Below, piece by piece: positions 62,301-64,000 of a DNA stretch of 64,000 nt (position 1 is its first letter; each line of letters starts with the position of its first letter). The DNA comes from Klebsormidium nitens. Lineage: Eukaryota; Plantae; Klebsormidiophyceae. The position numbers were made by a program, and so were the translations under genes. The notes under the pieces were generated by a model, which was not told the DNA's origin, searched no databases, and saw only the letters and a list, made by a program, of their open reading frames with translations. The stretch is taken from contig DF236970.1 of NCBI GenBank assembly GCA_000708835.1, positions 124,001-188,000 of the forward strand, given 5' to 3'.

Positions 62301-63890
62301 GTTCTTGTACTCTTCTCAAGATCCTTGGGAAGTAATAAGCTTTATTGCTGATGTGGGCTCTTTGTACGCTGCAGCTCGCATAGGGACACCTCTCCATCTT
62401 GGAACGAGAAACCAAACCGTCATCTGCAGGAGCAAAAGGGTTGACGAAAGAATTTAGAAAAGGGTATAGAGGAGGGTAAACACTTCTGCAGGAGGCGGGC
62501 GCAAACAGCACCCTCGAGCTCGCATCCGGAATATTCTGATGAACTTCTGGGGTCTGATGTCAACCCGAAAGCACAACCGTCAAGTTAGATGTCAGATAAC
62601 AGGGTTTATAATGTGGTCAGCCATAGGCTTAAAGAAGGAAGATAAGATATGGCTTGATCATTTTTCCTGCCGGAGGCGAGCAGTAACAGCACTCTGGAGT
62701 TCGCCTTCACGATCGCCGACGGTCTCAAAAATGTGACAAAATAGCTCAGAAAAGGTCCAACGAAATAATTAGAGGTGGGTTAACAAGAGGTTTGATACTT
62801 CTGCAGGAGGCGGGCGCCAATAGCACTCTGGAGCTCGCCTTCACGATCGCCGACGGTCTCGAGTACGTGCGCTGCGGAACGGAATCCGGTCTCTCCGTCG
62901 ACGCCGTTGCGCCACGGTTCTCCTTCTTCTGGGCGATCGGGATGAACTTCTACATGGAGATTGCGAAAATGCGCGCGGGGCGTCGACTCTGGGCGAAGCT
63001 GGTTAAAGAGAAGTTCAACCCGGTTAAGGAGCAGTCTATGGTGCTGAGAACCCACTGCCAAACGTCGGGTTATAGCTTAACTGAGCAGGACCCATATAAT
63101 AACATAGTTAGGACGACGGTCGAGGCGATGGCAGCGGTTATGGGCGGGACGCAGTCGCTGCACACCAACTCGTTCGACGAGGCGCTCGCGCTGCCTTCGG
63201 AAACGTCGGCGAGGATTGCAAGGTATGGAGATTTTGGCACGTGGAGTGAATGACTCGTGACCGACCCTTTGGGTTGGCTCTTTTGTTCCGGTGCTCAAAT
63301 CGCCGCTTTGCCTCTATTTTCCAGCGACTGAAGCATAGCGCACTGATTGAGCAAAGCATACACAGGGCGGAATGATCCAAAGGAGCCGTCTGCTTCCTAC
63401 GCTGTTGGGTTTCTCCTCGCTACATTGGTTCCCATTCCACACAGGCAGTCTCATATTTGTGTTCAGACCTTATATAGAGCCTGCCCCACTGGTTCCGACC
63501 TCCGTCCCTAACCTGGAAATTAAGAAGAGGGCACGTGTTTCTGTCTCCTTCTCTCCCTCCCGATACCCTCTCTCTCCCTCCTTTCAGTCCCGCCATTTTA
63601 TCAGCCGGTAATTGGTATTGGAATTCTATTGACCTTTTTTAGAAAAGCCCACGGTCATGGATTCATCCTGTCTGTTCAGGAACACGCAGCTGATCCTCCA
63701 GGAAGAAACGGGTATCACCAGTGTGGCGGACCCTTGGGGGGGGTCGTTCTTCATGGAGGCCCTTACTGCAAAGCTGGAACAGCAAGCACTGGAAGTGATT
63801 ATCGAAGTCGAAGCAAAGGGGGGAATGACGGCAGCCATTCAGTCGGGGATGCCGAAGCGGCGAATCGAGGAGTGCGCGGCCCGAAAGCAG
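59333..63890 (+). CDS. MMUT: Adenosylcobalamin-dependent methylmalonyl-CoA mutase; start exon not located, 3' end outside window
   Basis: Exons 59333-59515, 60353-60501, 61068-61345, 62097-62278 (GC donor), 62807-63222, 63680-63890 are in frame. Motifs: [93 protein letters not shown]. Confidence 0.98.
61309..61710 (+). repeat. Triple tandem (~150 bp) of a mutase donor junction: live copy plus two downstream ghosts
   Basis: GCTGGCGATG..GAGGAGCAGG|GTGAGCAGGGTCGCGAC..GGTCAAGGTCTGACT at 61309, with related copies at ~61461 and ~61603. Confidence 0.92.
61890..61960 (+). repeat. Ghost copy of the mutase acceptor junction at 62097
   Basis: ttcag|GCGTGGATCTGAGCCAGCTGTTGGGTACTA versus ctgcag|GCGTGAAGTCGAGCCAGCTGTCGGGTACTA. 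Confidence 0.85.
62475..62726 (+). repeat. Two ghost copies of the mutase acceptor junction at 62807
   Basis: 62492 keeps an intact cttctgcag|GAGGCGGGCGCAAAC. 62673 has the acceptor mutated (ctgccg) and matches through ..GCCTTCACGATCGCCGACGGTCTC. Confidence 0.9.
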
Positions 63891-64000
63891 GTGGGGATCG
63901 CAAGGCCCCAACAAACCGTCCGGAAGCTGTGTGCAAGTGTCCGTAAGCCTTGCGTATCGTCCGAATGTGTCCGGAAGGTGTCTGCAGGAGTCCGGAGATT

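Overview
Eukaryotic, intron-rich nuclear DNA (GT(G/A)AG donors, (C/T)AG acceptors). The gene set is land-plant-like (CAN nuclease, NAA60, BELL homeobox, KPHMT) yet includes a B12-dependent mutase, which suggests a streptophyte alga of the Klebsormidium type; this is an inference. I built spliced models by hand. In order: a fungal-type SDR (5' cut off); three paralogues of an orphan ~180-aa gene family (one with a frameshift); an inverted, decayed partial copy of the CAN nuclease gene; a secreted protein with two 6-Cys modules; CAN nuclease; panB/KPHMT; NAA60; a BELL-type TALE homeobox gene; a SPARK-like secreted protein; a TLC-domain protein; a possible 64-aa membrane microprotein; DPH1; and methylmalonyl-CoA mutase (3' cut off). 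The most striking unexplained structure is that the introns of six genes contain degenerate tandem copies of the neighbouring exon-intron junction ('ghost exons'). Several differ from the live exon mainly at synonymous positions. No rRNA, tRNA, CRISPR or transposase was recognised. All family assignments come from recalled motifs, not database searches.
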